Shown here: piece after piece, positions 25,307 through 38,959 of the stretch
How the letters are laid out: each line of letters opens with the position of its first letter
How positions within the stretch are numbered: position 1 is the stretch's first letter
Position numbers and translations under genes: made by a program
Origin: Eledone cirrhosa
Lineage: Eukaryota
Direction: 5' to 3'
DNA: 64,000 nucleotides
Assembly: GCA_964016885.1 (NCBI GenBank)
Contig: OZ024746.1
Location: 96,720,001-96,784,000 of the forward strand
The notes under the pieces: model-generated
The model's database searches: none
What the model was told of the DNA's origin: nothing
What the model saw: the letters and a program-made list of their open reading frames with translations, nothing else

Positions 25307-25782
25307 TATTAGCATATATTATGTTGATGTACCCCTACTGAAATCTCATAATATCATTGAAGTTCTAATGAGATTTTAGTTTGAATATGAATACTTTAGT
25401 AGTGGTGGTCACATATGGATTGGTAGTGAAATAGTTAAATGAATGAGAAATCTTTAGATAATATGTTAATCTATTGTAAATTATTTCAGTTGCGAGCTTC
25501 TATAACAAGGCAACAGCTAATCAGTTCAACATCCCCCACCCCCTTCCCTACCGTCTGTAGCATCTACTTTATATTAGTCAGCTTAACATCTATTTTATCA
25601 ACCCCAAATGGATGAAAGGCTAAATTGGTTGTGACAGGATTTGAATGGAGGCAGCTGCAGGTTTTAAACTGTGAAAATGACAAATTGCTCATATACACAT
25701 GTATTCCCTGTAGATGGGTTGGGTTTGGCACCTGTTCTTGATAAATGATACCTATATTTCAATCAGTTCAACTAAATAATGT

Positions 25783-26097
25783 GAAGGCGCATGGCTTAGT
25801 GGTTAGAGCGTCGGGCTTACAATTTTGAGGTTGTGAGTTCAGATCTCGGACCGGGCTTTGTGCTGTGTTCTCGAGTAAGACACTGTAGAAATGAGTTGCA
25901 ATGTCACTGGTGCCAAGCTGTATTGGTCATTGCCTTTCCCTTGAACAACATCGATTATGTGGGAGGGGAGACTTGTATGCATGGGCGACTGCTGGTCTAC
26001 CACAAACAACCTTGCCCGGACTTGTGCCTCAGAGGGAAATTTTCTAGGTGAAAATCCCATGGTCATTTGTGACCAAAGGGGGTCTTTACCCTTTACT
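25783..26097 (+). mobile_element. tRNA-derived SINE with distinct tail (tttaccc); tail fragments at ~19022-19098 and ~32577-32692(-); head fragment ~26229-26345
   Basis: A box tggcttagtggttag, B box gagttcagatct, CORE-like gagtaagacact. Confidence 0.8.
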
Positions 26098-27084
26098 TGA
26101 CTAAATACATATAAGCACTGTAGACTAGAAAATAAGTCTTTGCTTAACTGTGTCAATAACTCTTTCAAATCCTAATTGTAACTACTTCTCTTAGGCGACC
26201 ATAATTCCTATCTCACTATTATCATCATGAAGGCATGTGGCCTAGTGGTTAGAGTGTTGGACTTATGATCATAAGTTCATGGGTTCAATTCCTGGACTGG
26301 ATGGCATGTTATGTTCTGTAGCCAGAAGTTTCATTTCATGCTGCTTTTCATAATAGGCCTGAGGCCCCTATCATTACTCTATATTTTCATGGTAAAGGCT
26401 TTATCTCACATAATATCAAATCTATGAGATTTTGATATTATTTATTTTGAGAACAATACCTTAACATCAGTATGAGTGGCCAGTTACGGCCAGTTTGAAC
26501 AGAAAGAGATGAGAGAATTCTGACTGGATACGGCAGGTTTAAATGCTAAAGTGTTAAGACATCTGAGATACAACCCTGTAGGAGGCCAGCTAAACCTAAA
26601 TCATCATCATCACCATCATTATTTTTACATCTATTTTTCTTTCCATTCTCATATGGGTTAGATATGTCTTTTCCACTTGTTTACTTTGTTTGTTGTCTCT
26701 TTTGTGAGATTCAGTTTTTTTTAAGGTTAACTTTCACCAACTCAGTCCATAGCTTTCTTGGTCTTCCTGACATTTCTTAACTTAATTCTTATTAGCCATA
26801 TGCATTACATGTCCATACCAGCAAAACCTTTGCTCATCTATGCCTTTAATATCATCCCACCTTTAGGTTTGGTGACAGCTGTAGATATGTATTGGTCTTG
26901 GATCTTGTTAGTGAAATCTTGCCTGTTCAATTAGTTGAAAGAGATTTTACACAGAAAAAAGTTGATTTTTGCTTTAACCTTTGCTTTCTTAAAAGCTAGA
27001 AGAAAGAATATTTATTTGTATCCACACCTAATTTAAAAGTATAAGGGGGTGGTGGTAGTGCTGGTGTAAAAATGCACCAGCCAA

Positions 27085-27915
27085 GTTTGCCAATGTCCTG
27101 AAATGTGAGGATCAGAGATGTAAAGTGTTCTGCATTGCAAGACAGTGTGTCAATGTGAATCGTGATGTTGTTGGGGAAAAGTGTGTTAGAAATTACACCG
27201 GTGTATTTAGCACCACTGATGCTCAAAAGAAAGAGGCCTGGAGATGTTACTATGAGAGACTGATGAATGTAGAGAATGAATGGGAAGAAGAGAAATTAGC
27301 CCCAACATATACTGAAGTTGACAGTTATAGGGTTAAAGAAGCAATCAAAGAGATGAAAAATTACAAAGCTGCAGGACCATCAGAGAAAACTCCTGAGATG
27401 CTAAAAGCATTGGGAGAAGTAGGAGTCAAACTAGTGACTTACATAGTCAATCAGGTAAAACAGGACGCTGTCATACCCAATGATTGGCACAACAGTCCAA
27501 TCGTTAATTGCTACAAGGGCATCACCTTTGCTCTTGCAGCAATTAACAATTGGATTAAGTTATGAAAGGGGTGGAAAGAATTATATCGCAAAAAATTAGA
27601 GAAAGAGTAAAATTAGACGAGATACAGTTTGGTTTCATGCCTAGAAATAGTACTACAAATGCCTTTTTAGTGAGGCAACTACAAGAGAAGTTCTTAACTA
27701 AAAATAAACCACTATACCTAGCTTTTGTTGATCTAGAAAAAGCATTTGACAGAGAACCTTGATCTATTATCTTGTGGTCCTTAAGGAAATTAGGTGTAGA
27801 AGAATGGCTTCTGAGAGCAGTGCAAGCCATGTACACAGGAGTTACAGCAAAGTGAGTGTAGGAAGTGAGTTTTGTGAGGAATTCAAGGCATAAGTTCATC
27901 AGGTTCGGTTCTTCT
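27085..27915 (+). mobile_element. Degenerate RTE LINE fragment (linker plus RT N-terminus)
   Basis: KAAGPSEKTPEMLKALG, QFGFMP, AFVDLEKAFD with frameshifts. Confidence 0.88.
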
Positions 27916-27925
27916 GAACACCTCC

Positions 27926-27959
<34 letters not shown>

Positions 27960-27961
<2 letters not shown>

Positions 27962-29458
27962 AGTCAATCTAGGGAAAGCCTTTGACAGAGTCCCCCGTGC
28001 TATAATCTGGTGGGCTCTTAGAAAACTAGGAGTAGATGAATGGCTTGTGAAAGCTGTACAAGCCATGTATGGGGAGCAGTCAGCAAAGTTAGGATTAGCA
28101 GCGACTATAGCGAGGAATTTAGCATACAGGTCGGTGTCCACCAGGGCTCTGTTCTTAGCCCTCTCCTGTTCATCATAGTTTTGCAGGCAATAACAGAGGA
28201 GTTTAAGACCGGATGCCCATGGGAATTCCTGTATGCAGATGACCTCGCACTTATAGCTGAATCTATGGTAGAACTAGAGAAGAAATTCCAAACATGGAAG
28301 CAGGGACTAGAAAGAAGGGGTCTCAAAGTCAACCTGACAAAGACTAAGGTCCTTGTAAGTAGACGAGAAAACAGAACCCAGATCCCCTCAGGGAAATGGC
28401 CTTGCTCAGTATGTAGGAAAGGTGTAGGTAGGAACTCCATCCTCTGACCCAAATGCAAATAATGGGTACACAAGAGATGTAGTGGGATCTCAGGAAGCTT
28501 AACTAAGAATGTAGGCTTCACATGTAGCAGCTGCGCTGAGACAGCAAGCAGCAAACAGCCACAGGAAACAAGCACCACCAAACTCTGGGAGGACTCTGTA
28601 GAAACAGTAGACAGCTTCTGCTACCTAGGTGACCGAATTAGCAGTGGAGGTGGGTGTTCGGAAAGTACAATAACTAGGGTAAGAACGGGATGGAAGAAGT
28701 TCAGGGAGCTACTGCCACTGCTAGCTACAAAAGGCTTTTCCCTCAAAATGAAGGGCAGACTGTATGATGCGTGTATACAAACAGCAATGTTATATGGTAG
28801 TGAGACCTGGGCGCTGTCTGTAGAAGACTTGCATAGATTAGAAAGAAACGAAGCCTGCATGCTCTGATGGATGTGTAATAGTAATATATGTGAATGGCAA
28901 AGCATAAACAAATTGAGAGAGAGACTGAGCATAAGAGGAATCAAATGCTGTGTGCAGGAAAGGAGGTTGCGTTGGTATGGACATGTGATGCGTACGAAGG
29001 ATGACAGCTGCATAAAAAGGTGCATAGCACTAGAAGTCGACAGAAGCCGCGGAGTGGGGAGACCCAAGAAGACCTGGGATGAGGTGATAAAACCCGACCT
29101 TAAACAATTACACCTCTCAAAGGCGATAACACACGACCGTGACCTCTGGCGTCACGCAGTAATACAGATGACCTGACTCCCCACGAGTACAAGCCAAAGC
29201 TGAAGCATATAGACAATATGCCTCCACCCCCTCCCACTGCAAAGTGGTCGTGGAGGTGCCATAGCAAAAAAGCACCCAGCACTCATTGTAAATGAGGTTG
29301 GTGTTAGGAAGGGCATCCAGCTGTAGAAATCAAGCCTGAATCAGTTCCCGTATGAGCAAGACATGGTCAGCCGACCGGCTACTGCCCGGAACAGGACAAC
29401 CTGTCTAACCCATGCTAGTGTGGAAGAACAGACGTAAGACGGTGATGATGATGATGAT
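27960..29458 (+). mobile_element. 5'-truncated RTE LINE family C (RT, PHD finger, 3'UTR, (GAT)n tail), pseudogenised
   Basis: GVHQGSVLSPLLF, YADD, WPCSVCRKGVG; in-frame stops. Confidence 0.93.
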
Positions 29459-29513
29459 ATATATATATAAGAAGTGTATATCAACAGGTTAAAATTAACT
29501 TTGTTTATTCATA

Positions 29514-29577
29514 GTCGCTGTTATATATATTTTGGTGATAACAGTTATACAACAGCTATGACCTCATCAGACAGCTA
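29514..29577 (-). ncRNA. Type I hammerhead motif with G12->A substitution
   Basis: Reverse complement: tagctgt CTGATGA ggtcatagctgtt-gtat-aactgttatcacc aAAA tatata TA acagcga, followed by aataaa. Confidence 0.65.
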
Positions 29578-29639
29578 AAATATATACATATGTATATGCA
29601 TATATATATATATACACACCATTTATGATATGTTGTTTA

Positions 29640-30210
29640 CCCCAGCCAGGTGGCTGCAGTCATGGTGAACCAATAGAAGCTGGATGAGGATGACCGCAGT
29701 GTTCCAATGGATGCATTTGATGTGATCAAATACAGCCATCAGTACGTACATCAAGCTGTGTTTATATACCAGCATAGTGCCTACCACAGCCATCTATGCC
29801 AGAGAAACATGGAAATGTACTGGCAAGACATATAAACGCCTAAATATTTTCCATCAAAGGTGTCTGCGTAAGATTCTAAATGTCACCTGACGAGATTGGG
29901 TTTGAGAACAAAGAGATCCACCAGACAGCAGGGTCGTGTACACTGTAGGAGCTCCGGTTTCCTTCTGAGGGTCACATTCTGCACCTCCCAGAACATTGCC
30001 TGTCCAAAATGGTGATGACGTGGACTGCTCCTGCAAGCAAACTGAAAAGAGGCTGACTGAAGATGACCTGGCAGCAGACATCCCAAAATGACCTACAAAC
30101 CATCAACATCACCTAGCATAGATGTCAATGAGCTGCCACCAACTGACAGCGTTGGAAATGATTGGTTGACTTATGTTTCCGATGGAACAAGACGGACTAA
30201 GAGCTAAGTT
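29640..30210 (+). mobile_element. Degenerate RTE-like LINE 3' end (family D, ctaag tail); related copy 50040-50425(-)
   Basis: FHQRCLRKIL-V-W-D-V motif (ORF 50084-50629 on minus); gactaagagctaag tail. Confidence 0.75.
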
Positions 30211-31117
30211 TACCAAGGGGTGAAACTGGTAATGTCATTTAGTAAACAATGATTCGGGGATGACCGGCTGTTACAATAACACTGAATCAACAGGCCATCC
30301 CTGAATGAAAATCAGTCCTGTTTTCTATTCTTTGTTTGCGTTTACCAAAATCCTGTTCTCTTATTTAACTAATTCTGCAATTAACATCTGATGAAATCAC
30401 CTGGGTCTCACATCCTATTTGGATGATGAAGCTGCGCCATTGAATATGTAGAGTTTTCGCAGAATTAAAGTTGTAAGGTTTCGAGTTCGACCTTCTGTTA
30501 CTTTTAATGAGTATGTACACACACACACGTATATCAGGATAGAACCAGTTTAAAACTAGTTATACCATTACTCAACAGAGTACTCAATACTTTGTGTAGT
30601 AGAGTATGACTACATAAATATATAGGAAATCACTTAAATATTTCACTGGGAAGAAATATAAAAAATAGAGTATGGGTATATTATAAAGAGTCAGGACCCG
30701 ACGGCTGAGCTGTTGCCATTTCAACAGCTAGTTCAGGACTAGCTGTTGAATCGACAAGAGTTCAGCCGTCGGATCCCAACTCTCTCTCTCTATATATATA
30801 TATATAAACAATGAGTTATATGGTTTGTTGATTATCATTCAACAAAGTTATTTTTATAACAGATTTGAAGCACTCTACGGTATTTATATGGAGTATTATT
30901 AATATTAATAATATATATTTGACCTGTTTGGCTTGCCTCGTCTTTTTGGCTTAGGTGGTTGATGGCTTCTTGACCGCCATCTCAGTTTGTTTGGCCTTTA
31001 TAACTTATGTTTATTGCTCTGGTCTTTATTTGGTCCATGGGCGCTTGCGAGCATAACTCGGATATTGCGTTTCGCTTTGTTTTCGACCACAGCCGAAATC
31101 CGATCTCGCTGAAATTA

Positions 31118-31176
<59 letters not shown>

Positions 31177-31974
31177 AAAAGAGTCGGTTAAGTAATGAGT
31201 TTTGTTACTCTAGAGTTGTATTGAGTACTCTTTCTCGTGTCACGTATGTACAATATAGTCGTGTAGCTATTTCCGGGAATAACTTGTTTTCACAATGTTT
31301 GAGTATACCAAGGAAAGTATATGGAAACGGTCCTATATTATCTTTTCTAGGTGTGCCTAAAATTGTTATAGGTGTAAATAATTAAGTTGTGAAATGTTAT
31401 GATCTTTCAAAAGGTTAGTAGCACAACTTTAGTCCTTTTACAAGACCTATAATGTTGGGAGGGGGCGGTAGATCGGTCCAGCGAGCCAAGGAGAAGGAGA
31501 AGCCCAGTAAATGTCTCCCTTAAAAACTAAACATCGCAGCCTCTTTGAATTTTAAGAGGAGTACCTCTTCCCAGGTCCCGAAAGCTGCCTCCTTGTAAGT
31601 ACTCTTATTAAAGTGTGATGGCAGATAAGGGAACTTGTTAAAGTCATAATAGTATACAATGTGTTTATAAATTAAAAATAGCGACAGGCTATGAAGAAAT
31701 GATTCATTAAAAAAGGAATTATCGTAAAAAAAAGAAAAAGGTGTTAATTTATTGATAAAATTTTACGGATAGGTTCTAACAATTCTTAAATAGGAATGAA
31801 AAGTTGCGCCCCATTGTAATTTAAATAAGAAAATACACGAAACATTATTTAAACACGCACAATGTCTAATGGAATGTTATATCCGTATATTTGTCCACAT
31901 AATACGTAGTTAGAAGACTGGAGGAAGGAGGGATAGTAATTTTAAGCAAGGAAGACATAAAAAATTATTTGCAT

Positions 31975-32357
31975 ATATATTATCATATGTGTGTGTGTGT
32001 ATATATATATACATATACAGATATGTATATATATACCTATATACATATATATATATAATATATACATATATGTATATATATACCTATATACATATATATA
32101 TATATAATATATACAGATATGTATATATATACCTATATACATATATATATATAATATATACATATAAAGATATGTATATATATACCTATATAGATATGTA
32201 TATATACATATATATGTATATATATATACATGTATATATGTATATATATATATATATATATATACATATATATATGTATATATACATATATGTATATATA
32301 TATGTATGTATATACACATATATAAGCATGTGTGTATATATGTATATACATATATAT

Positions 32358-32436
<79 letters not shown>

Positions 32437-32535
32437 TATATAGATATGTATATATATATATATAGATATGTATATATACATATATATACATATGTATGTG
32501 TGTATATATATATGTATGTATATATACATATATAT

Positions 32536-32575
<40 letters not shown>
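31975..32575. repeat. Complex (TA)/(CA)/(TG) microsatellite
   Basis: Directly visible. Confidence 0.97.
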
Positions 32576-32579
<4 letters not shown>

Positions 32580-33139
32580 GGCACCCATCGGTCACTAATG
32601 ACCATGGTTTTGCATCTAGAAAGACCCCCCCCCCTCCAAGAGGCACATGTCTGGTCAAGGTTTGTTTGTGGAAGACCAACAGTCGCCCATGTATATATAT
32701 ACATACACACACACACACATAAATCGGCCAGAATACTAAACACGACTGCTTGTATGTATGTTAACGCTAGAGTAACAAGCAAATTTGATAAGCAGTATAA
32801 GTACATATTTCAATTAGACAAAATATTTTATTAGCTAGGATAATGTTTATTATGGTAGTGATGAATCTTAATTGTCAAAAAAGCGGCGAAGCTACTGCAA
32901 TTTCTGTAGTCAATAGTGTTAATCAATGTTGGTAGTAGTCCGGTGGGGTTGGAAATATTAGTATGACTAGTTTTGGGGCCGAATCTCTGAGTAAAAGATT
33001 TCTCATCGATAGAAATGGGAATTTTGTCACTACCCTTAGACTTGTATTCATAACGGAGTAGAAAATCTTTTATTCACAGTTGTATAAAAAAAATATAATA
33101 TAATGGTTACAGAACGAAAACAAACACATTATATATACA

Positions 33140-33440
33140 AAGCAAGTAATACATACATCTACGAACAAATTCAACACACAAGCAGGTATTACACACATCT
33201 AGGACCACATACACAACACAAGCAGGTACTACACACATCTAGGACCACATACACAACACAAGCAGGTAATACACACATCTAGGACCACATACACAACACA
33301 AGCAGGTAATACACACATCTAGGACCACATTCAACACACAAGCAAGTAATACATACATCTAGGACCACAAGCAGGTAATACACACATCTAGGATCACATA
33401 CAACACACAGGCAGGTAATACACACATCTAGGACCACATG
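33140..33440. repeat. 40-bp minisatellite, about 7-8 copies
   Basis: Unit acacacatctaggaccacatacacaacacaagcaggtaat. Confidence 0.93.
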
Positions 33441-34495
33441 CAACAAAAAGGAGGCGAAAGGGGTGGACAAACGAACTGCTGCCAGAGTAAAAGATAATAT
33501 CGCGAGGAGCAGTGGAAAACCTCTCTAATAATTTTTGGGGCAAGCCAACACGCTCGCAGCGTTACCGCGGGTGATGGCGAGGCTGGTGTGCTGGAACAAC
33601 GAAGCGCCCCCACGAGCATCACCAGTTACCTCGGGTGATGTGCTAGAACAGCCAAGCGCCCTCGCGAGCATCACCGGTTACTTCTGTTGGGCAAGCCGCC
33701 AGTGAAGATAAGAACCTCGCAGCCCGACTCCCCCAAACGTCTCGAACACCACAGAAATTGAAATCGAACCGAAACCCCAACGTTTAATATTCGTTAATGA
33801 AAGGCCGTCTATAATATAAAATTTAACATTAGTAACAAACAGCAAGGGACCCCGAGATAAAGAAAGTTAAATAAATCAAATGAGATGTGCACAGGAACGA
33901 ATTAGACATACAATGGTGGTGGGGCGAAACATTTATCGAGTATCGTATATTTATTGTCGATACAATTTATATAATGAATAAAATTTTGCAGATCTCAGTA
34001 AAGAAGAAAAGAGTAAGGAAAATATATATAACAATTTGGGCCTCTTTAAATATTATGGGTCTCTAGCCTGAGCCCGGACGGCCTTCCCACCCCCTCGTCA
34101 ATGCGCCACGGGAAATGCATTTAGAGCGAGTGGAGAGAGAGGGGGAAGAAGAAAGAAAGAGTAATGGAATGAGGGGAAGAGAGAGAGATATGTGGAAGGA
34201 GGAGAGAGAGAGAAAGAGAGTCTTAATTAGAGATAGAAAGAAGGTTTGGGAAACACAGATATGAAAATATAACAAGGAATGGGAGGAGGGGGAGGTGACA
34301 AACGAGAGAAAACAAAATGTATGGTAGGTGAGATAGAGAAAAAGAGAGAAGGTGAGAAAATAATAGTAAACTGTTTAGCAGTTGCAGATCAAAGAGTAGG
34401 AGAGAGAGAGCACACTACCATTACTGAAGAGAGTGTGAAATAGAAACTAAATGGTTAAAAATAAAGGGAAGTGATTATTTTGTATGCGTGTATGG

Positions 34496-34538
<43 letters not shown>

Positions 34539-34819
34539 ACAGTAAACGGAAACAACAAAGCAAACAACACAGTACAGTGAAGAAATATATTAGTTTAACG
34601 CTTGATAACGTTTCGGATGTGTACACAGACACTCCCTCCCCCCTCTCTATATATACACACACACAAATATACATACATGAGCGCAATTTGGTAGCTGTAG
34701 AAGCCTGGAGTTCAAATCCCGCCGAGGTTAACTTTGCCTTGCATCCTTTCGGGGTCGATAAAATAAAGTACCAGTAATGTACTGAGTAATTGCTGGACTT
34801 GTGCCAAAAAGTAGAAACA

Positions 34820-34859
<40 letters not shown>

Positions 34860-34860
<1 letters not shown>

Positions 34861-35413
34861 GTCGGGTCACTCTTCAGTGCTACTGGTAACATGTAACCCA
34901 GTACAACCTGTCACATGGTCGGGTCATCGGCGACTAAACCGGCAACCCCACCAAGTTTACTTGATGAGGAGGGTGATTTTGGACACTCTGCAGGACAAAA
35001 AAAAAAAACCTGAAAAAGGGCAGAAGAACTCATAAGAGTCAACGACCATCCAAAAGTGTGTAAATATGTATATACACATGTACCGCGCGGTTAAACCACT
35101 GGGAGTGAAGGACCCCTAGCCTTTGTCAGGGCATTCTTCTAGGAGAAGGCAACTCAGGAAACTTGGATAACTCCGATATAAAACCTGCGGCTCAGTAGTT
35201 ACCGATGATGTTGATATTATCTTCTTTACCGATGATGTTGATATTATCTTCTTTTCTACTGTCGCTCAGGGAGTGGGAATGGCTCAGTGCACAGTCTTTC
35301 CTCACTTTAAAAAAGATCTTCACGCACAGGCATTGCACGATAGAATTAGTTAATAATTATTAATAATGGTATATCGTGCAATGGCCATACTCGATAACGA
35401 GGGGGAAGCCATC
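34860..35413 (+). mobile_element. Interspersed element with an RTE 5'UTR-like segment; its 3' part recurs at 19800-20010 with an inverted 5' piece
   Basis: ctaggagaaggcaactc motif; 35255-35413 matches 19853-20010. Confidence 0.55.
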
Positions 35414-36789
35414 ATGTATGTATGTATGTGTTTGTGCGCGTGTGTATTCATCCGTGTCTGTGTATGCTCTGTATCTTAACAGGGGATCGATGGAATAAGT
35501 ACCATACTTAAAAAGGTAAGAACCGGGGTCAATATGATCGACTATAGGCAAGCGGTACATTAACATGGTCGCAGTCAAATGAGTGAAAAATACACATATT
35601 TATTTATCAGTGAACTACGAGAGGTGAAGTGTTGCAACTAACTAGCTCAGCTGGAGCAGATAGACTTTACGATGGTAGATGTGGTGCTCGGCCCATTAGG
35701 TCAAGAGGTTCTCAGACTGTTTAGGCCACCGTACCCATCACGGCCACATAATACCATCAGTGCCCCCCCCCCCCCCAATCTTATTTCCAGAGAGACCTAC
35801 CTACACGCAAATTATAATAATATATAATATGTATAAATAAATATTATATATTTTTTAATTTACTATATTTATATATAATATGTATCATTTGATATTTAAT
35901 ATATTATTACAGTAAAATTCCGTTATAACGAAATTCACGGTGTATTAAAAAAATTGTTGAAAACGAAAAATTCTTTATAACGAGATCGACCGAAACAAAT
36001 CGACCGTTTGTTTGTTATTACCCCCCCCCCCCTCTATTGATGTCTAATTTAGGCACAAGGCCAGCAATTTTGGGGGAGGGCAGCAAAGTTGAATAAATCA
36101 ATCCCAATTTTACATATCTAAGTTAGCTTAGCGCAAGTAATTGGAATTGAAAAGTTATATATACAGGTATTAAATTTAAAAAATCTAACCATCCTAAAAC
36201 TAAAAAGCCCAGCTGAGGGCACAAATAAATTGCTATGGCCATCGTGGTGGGGCCCGGGGCAATTTCCCCCTTTTCATCCCATTAAATCCAGCCCTGATCA
36301 CAGGACATTCATGCATAGGCTTGTTTCTTTAATGTTGTAAATTACTTTTACTAAATTGGTTTCTAATTTAGGAACAAATCAGCACTTCGGAAGGAGGGAA
36401 AGAGACAGTCGTTGAGATTGACTGCAGTACTTGGTTGGTACTTTATTTTATAGACTCTGGAAGGAATGTAAAGAGTCACAACAAATACCGCAAAGGCATT
36501 TACTTCGACGTACTACCAATTCTCCCAATCCACCACACTATGCTTTTACTAAATTGAAAACAATATGTCCAAGGAAACTAGTGATGTTCTACGTCAGCAA
36601 AAAATATTTAGTGGAATTTCCTAAATTTCCAGAAGTTCATACGATATATAAATAAGAAACTTATGAGATTTTGGGCTGTCTTTCTTTTGAGGAAGAAAGT
36701 AAAAAAGAGCGCCAGGATTTTTTTCCCCTTTAAAGACATCGTAATTTACAAACCAAATAAATTACACACACATCTTACATAACAAGCTA

Positions 36790-37160
36790 AATTATCAACA
36801 AACCAAGCAGCCAGTCCACTAATCAGCCAACCAGCCACCCTGCCAATCAGCCAACCAACTACCCTACCAGTACAATAGCCAGTCAACCAACCACCCTTCC
36901 AGGATATGCCCAGCCGACCAACCAGCCAGCCTGCCAGCCAACCAACCAACCAGCCTGCCAGCCACCCAATCAACCAGCCAACCATCCTGCCAACCAACCA
37001 ACCAACCATCCTCCTAGTCCACCCAATCAACTACCCTGCCAGCCAACCAACCATCCTCCCAATCAACCACCCTGCCAGTCCACCAATCAGCCAGCCAACC
37101 TACTAAACACAGCTTAACAGCCAAGTAGCTACAGAAGCTACCTACTAACTGCCAGCTAAA
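36790..37160. repeat. Degenerate (CCAA/CCAG)n tetranucleotide repeat
   Basis: Directly visible. Confidence 0.9.
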
Positions 37161-37339
37161 CAATTCTAGCATCTAGCCTCTATACTTGATAGTAAAGAAT
37201 TATCAGACAAACTTTCTAATTATATGTTAAGCAACAAACTTTGTTGTCAACAAGTTTTTTAACATTTCATGTATTCGTGTAGGATTCATGACAAGTTGTG
37301 GACCTTAAATGAATTTTCTGAGGAATAGACTCTGCTTGA

Positions 37340-37810
37340 AGGAGTTGGCGAGGTTAGCTTTACCTTTCATCCTTACGGGGATTGATAAAATAAAGTACCA
37401 GTAATGCACTGAGGTCAATGTGGATTGGCAGTATCGGTAGAAAGTCGGGCGCCATGCTTTGACGTATAGAGTTACGGCCCTTGCCATTCTGAGTTCAAAT
37501 CCCGCCGAGGTTAACTTTGCCTTTCATTCTTACGGGGTCGATAAAATAAAGTACCAGTAGTATACTGGGTAATTGCTGGCCTTGTGCCAAAAGTAGAAAC
37601 AATTATTTGTTCCTCATTAGGGCGGTGAATTGGCAGTATCAGTAGAGGGTTTGACGCCATCCTTTCTAGCATAGTTACGTCCCTTTACGGTCTGAGTTCA
37701 AATCTCGCCGAGGTTAACTTTACCTTTCATCCTTACGGCGTCGATAAAATAAAGTACCAGTAATGCACTGAGTAATTGCTGGCCTTGTGCCAAAAGTAGA
37801 AACAATTATT
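37340..37810 (+). mobile_element. Tandem cluster of the dominant SINE (one partial plus two near full-length copies)
   Basis: Repeated SINE bodies each followed by aattatttgttcctcat. Confidence 0.88.
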
Positions 37811-37829
37811 TGTTCCTCATAGCTCAAAG

Positions 37830-38262
37830 ACCTTACCTATGGTCATGAATCTTGGGTAATGATCCAATAATACGATCGTGAATACAAGCGGCCGAAATGG
37901 GGTTCCTCTGAAGGGTCTTTGGAGTAATGTTACTTGATAGAGTGCGCAGCTTGGCGATCAGAGATTCGCTCCAGGTAGAGCCGCTACTTCTCTGAATTGA
38001 GAGACCCCAGCTCCGATACTATGGATGTGTGGTTAGAATGTCTCAGGAAAGAATCATTGGACAGATCTTACGGGCAAAACCAACTGGCAGGAGTCCCAAG
38101 GGTAGACCTCGAGCAAGATGATTGGATAACTATAAGCTTGGTTGGTCACGCTTGGGGATCCAGCCAGATCAGTTGGAGACAGGTGCTTCTGACAGGACCC
38201 GCTGAAAGGAGTGAGGACTCTTCCCCCATGGTCCTCTCAAGAATAAGTGAGCAAAGAAGATA
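37830..38262 (+). mobile_element. Rex3/Expander-like RTE 3' end
   Basis: LTYGHESWVM and QVEPLLL-IER-like coding; gaagaaga-type tail. Confidence 0.8.
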
Positions 38263-38959
38263 GCTAAAAAATACCTATTTCCCCCCTTCTTTTTGCTCCA
38301 AGTTCTTCTTAAATTTTATGACTATATTTGTTAACCTCTAACCGGTATCTCAATAAACTATTAATAAGCAGTCACATATCCTTGAAATCGTGTCTTAATA
38401 TCTTAAAAAAGAGGGCAAGCACTTGGATAAAGTAGGCTTAGATGTACTAGGCAACTAGACAGGGTTTATTTCAAGGGTATTTTAGAACTGCACAAATCTC
38501 TCAGGCAGCTGAGACAGGGTTGGATTTAGACCTTTGGGGGCCAAAGACACTTCAGGTTTGAGGATGGGGGGGGGGGGGGGAGCTCATACACAAACAAATT
38601 AGAATACACAGCAAACCCCCCAATTTTACATATCAAAGTTAGCTTGATACAAGTAATTGGAATTGAAAAGTTATATATACAGGTATTAAATTAAAAAATT
38701 CCAACCATCCTAAAACTAAAAAAACCCAGCTGAGGGTATGTGACTGTTAATGTATGGATGCACAGAAGTACTATATTTTGATTACTGTCTTTAATACCAC
38801 TTCTGCTTTGCTGTTGTTTTTTAATGTGTTTGTAATTTGCATACAATGCATTATATAAAATTGCTCACAATTCTTTCAGATAACATTACAAATATAATGT
38901 CGTTGGTAAACTTAAATATAAACACATATAACAAATACAACCAGCCATTGCCAGGAACC

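Noticed and set aside
25783-25855. tRNA gene
   Set aside because: A and B boxes belong to a SINE head; no complete cloverleaf
31040-31100. Hammerhead-like CTGTGG...GAAAC...ATC on the minus strand
   Set aside because: Core deviates from CUGANGA and the stems are not convincing
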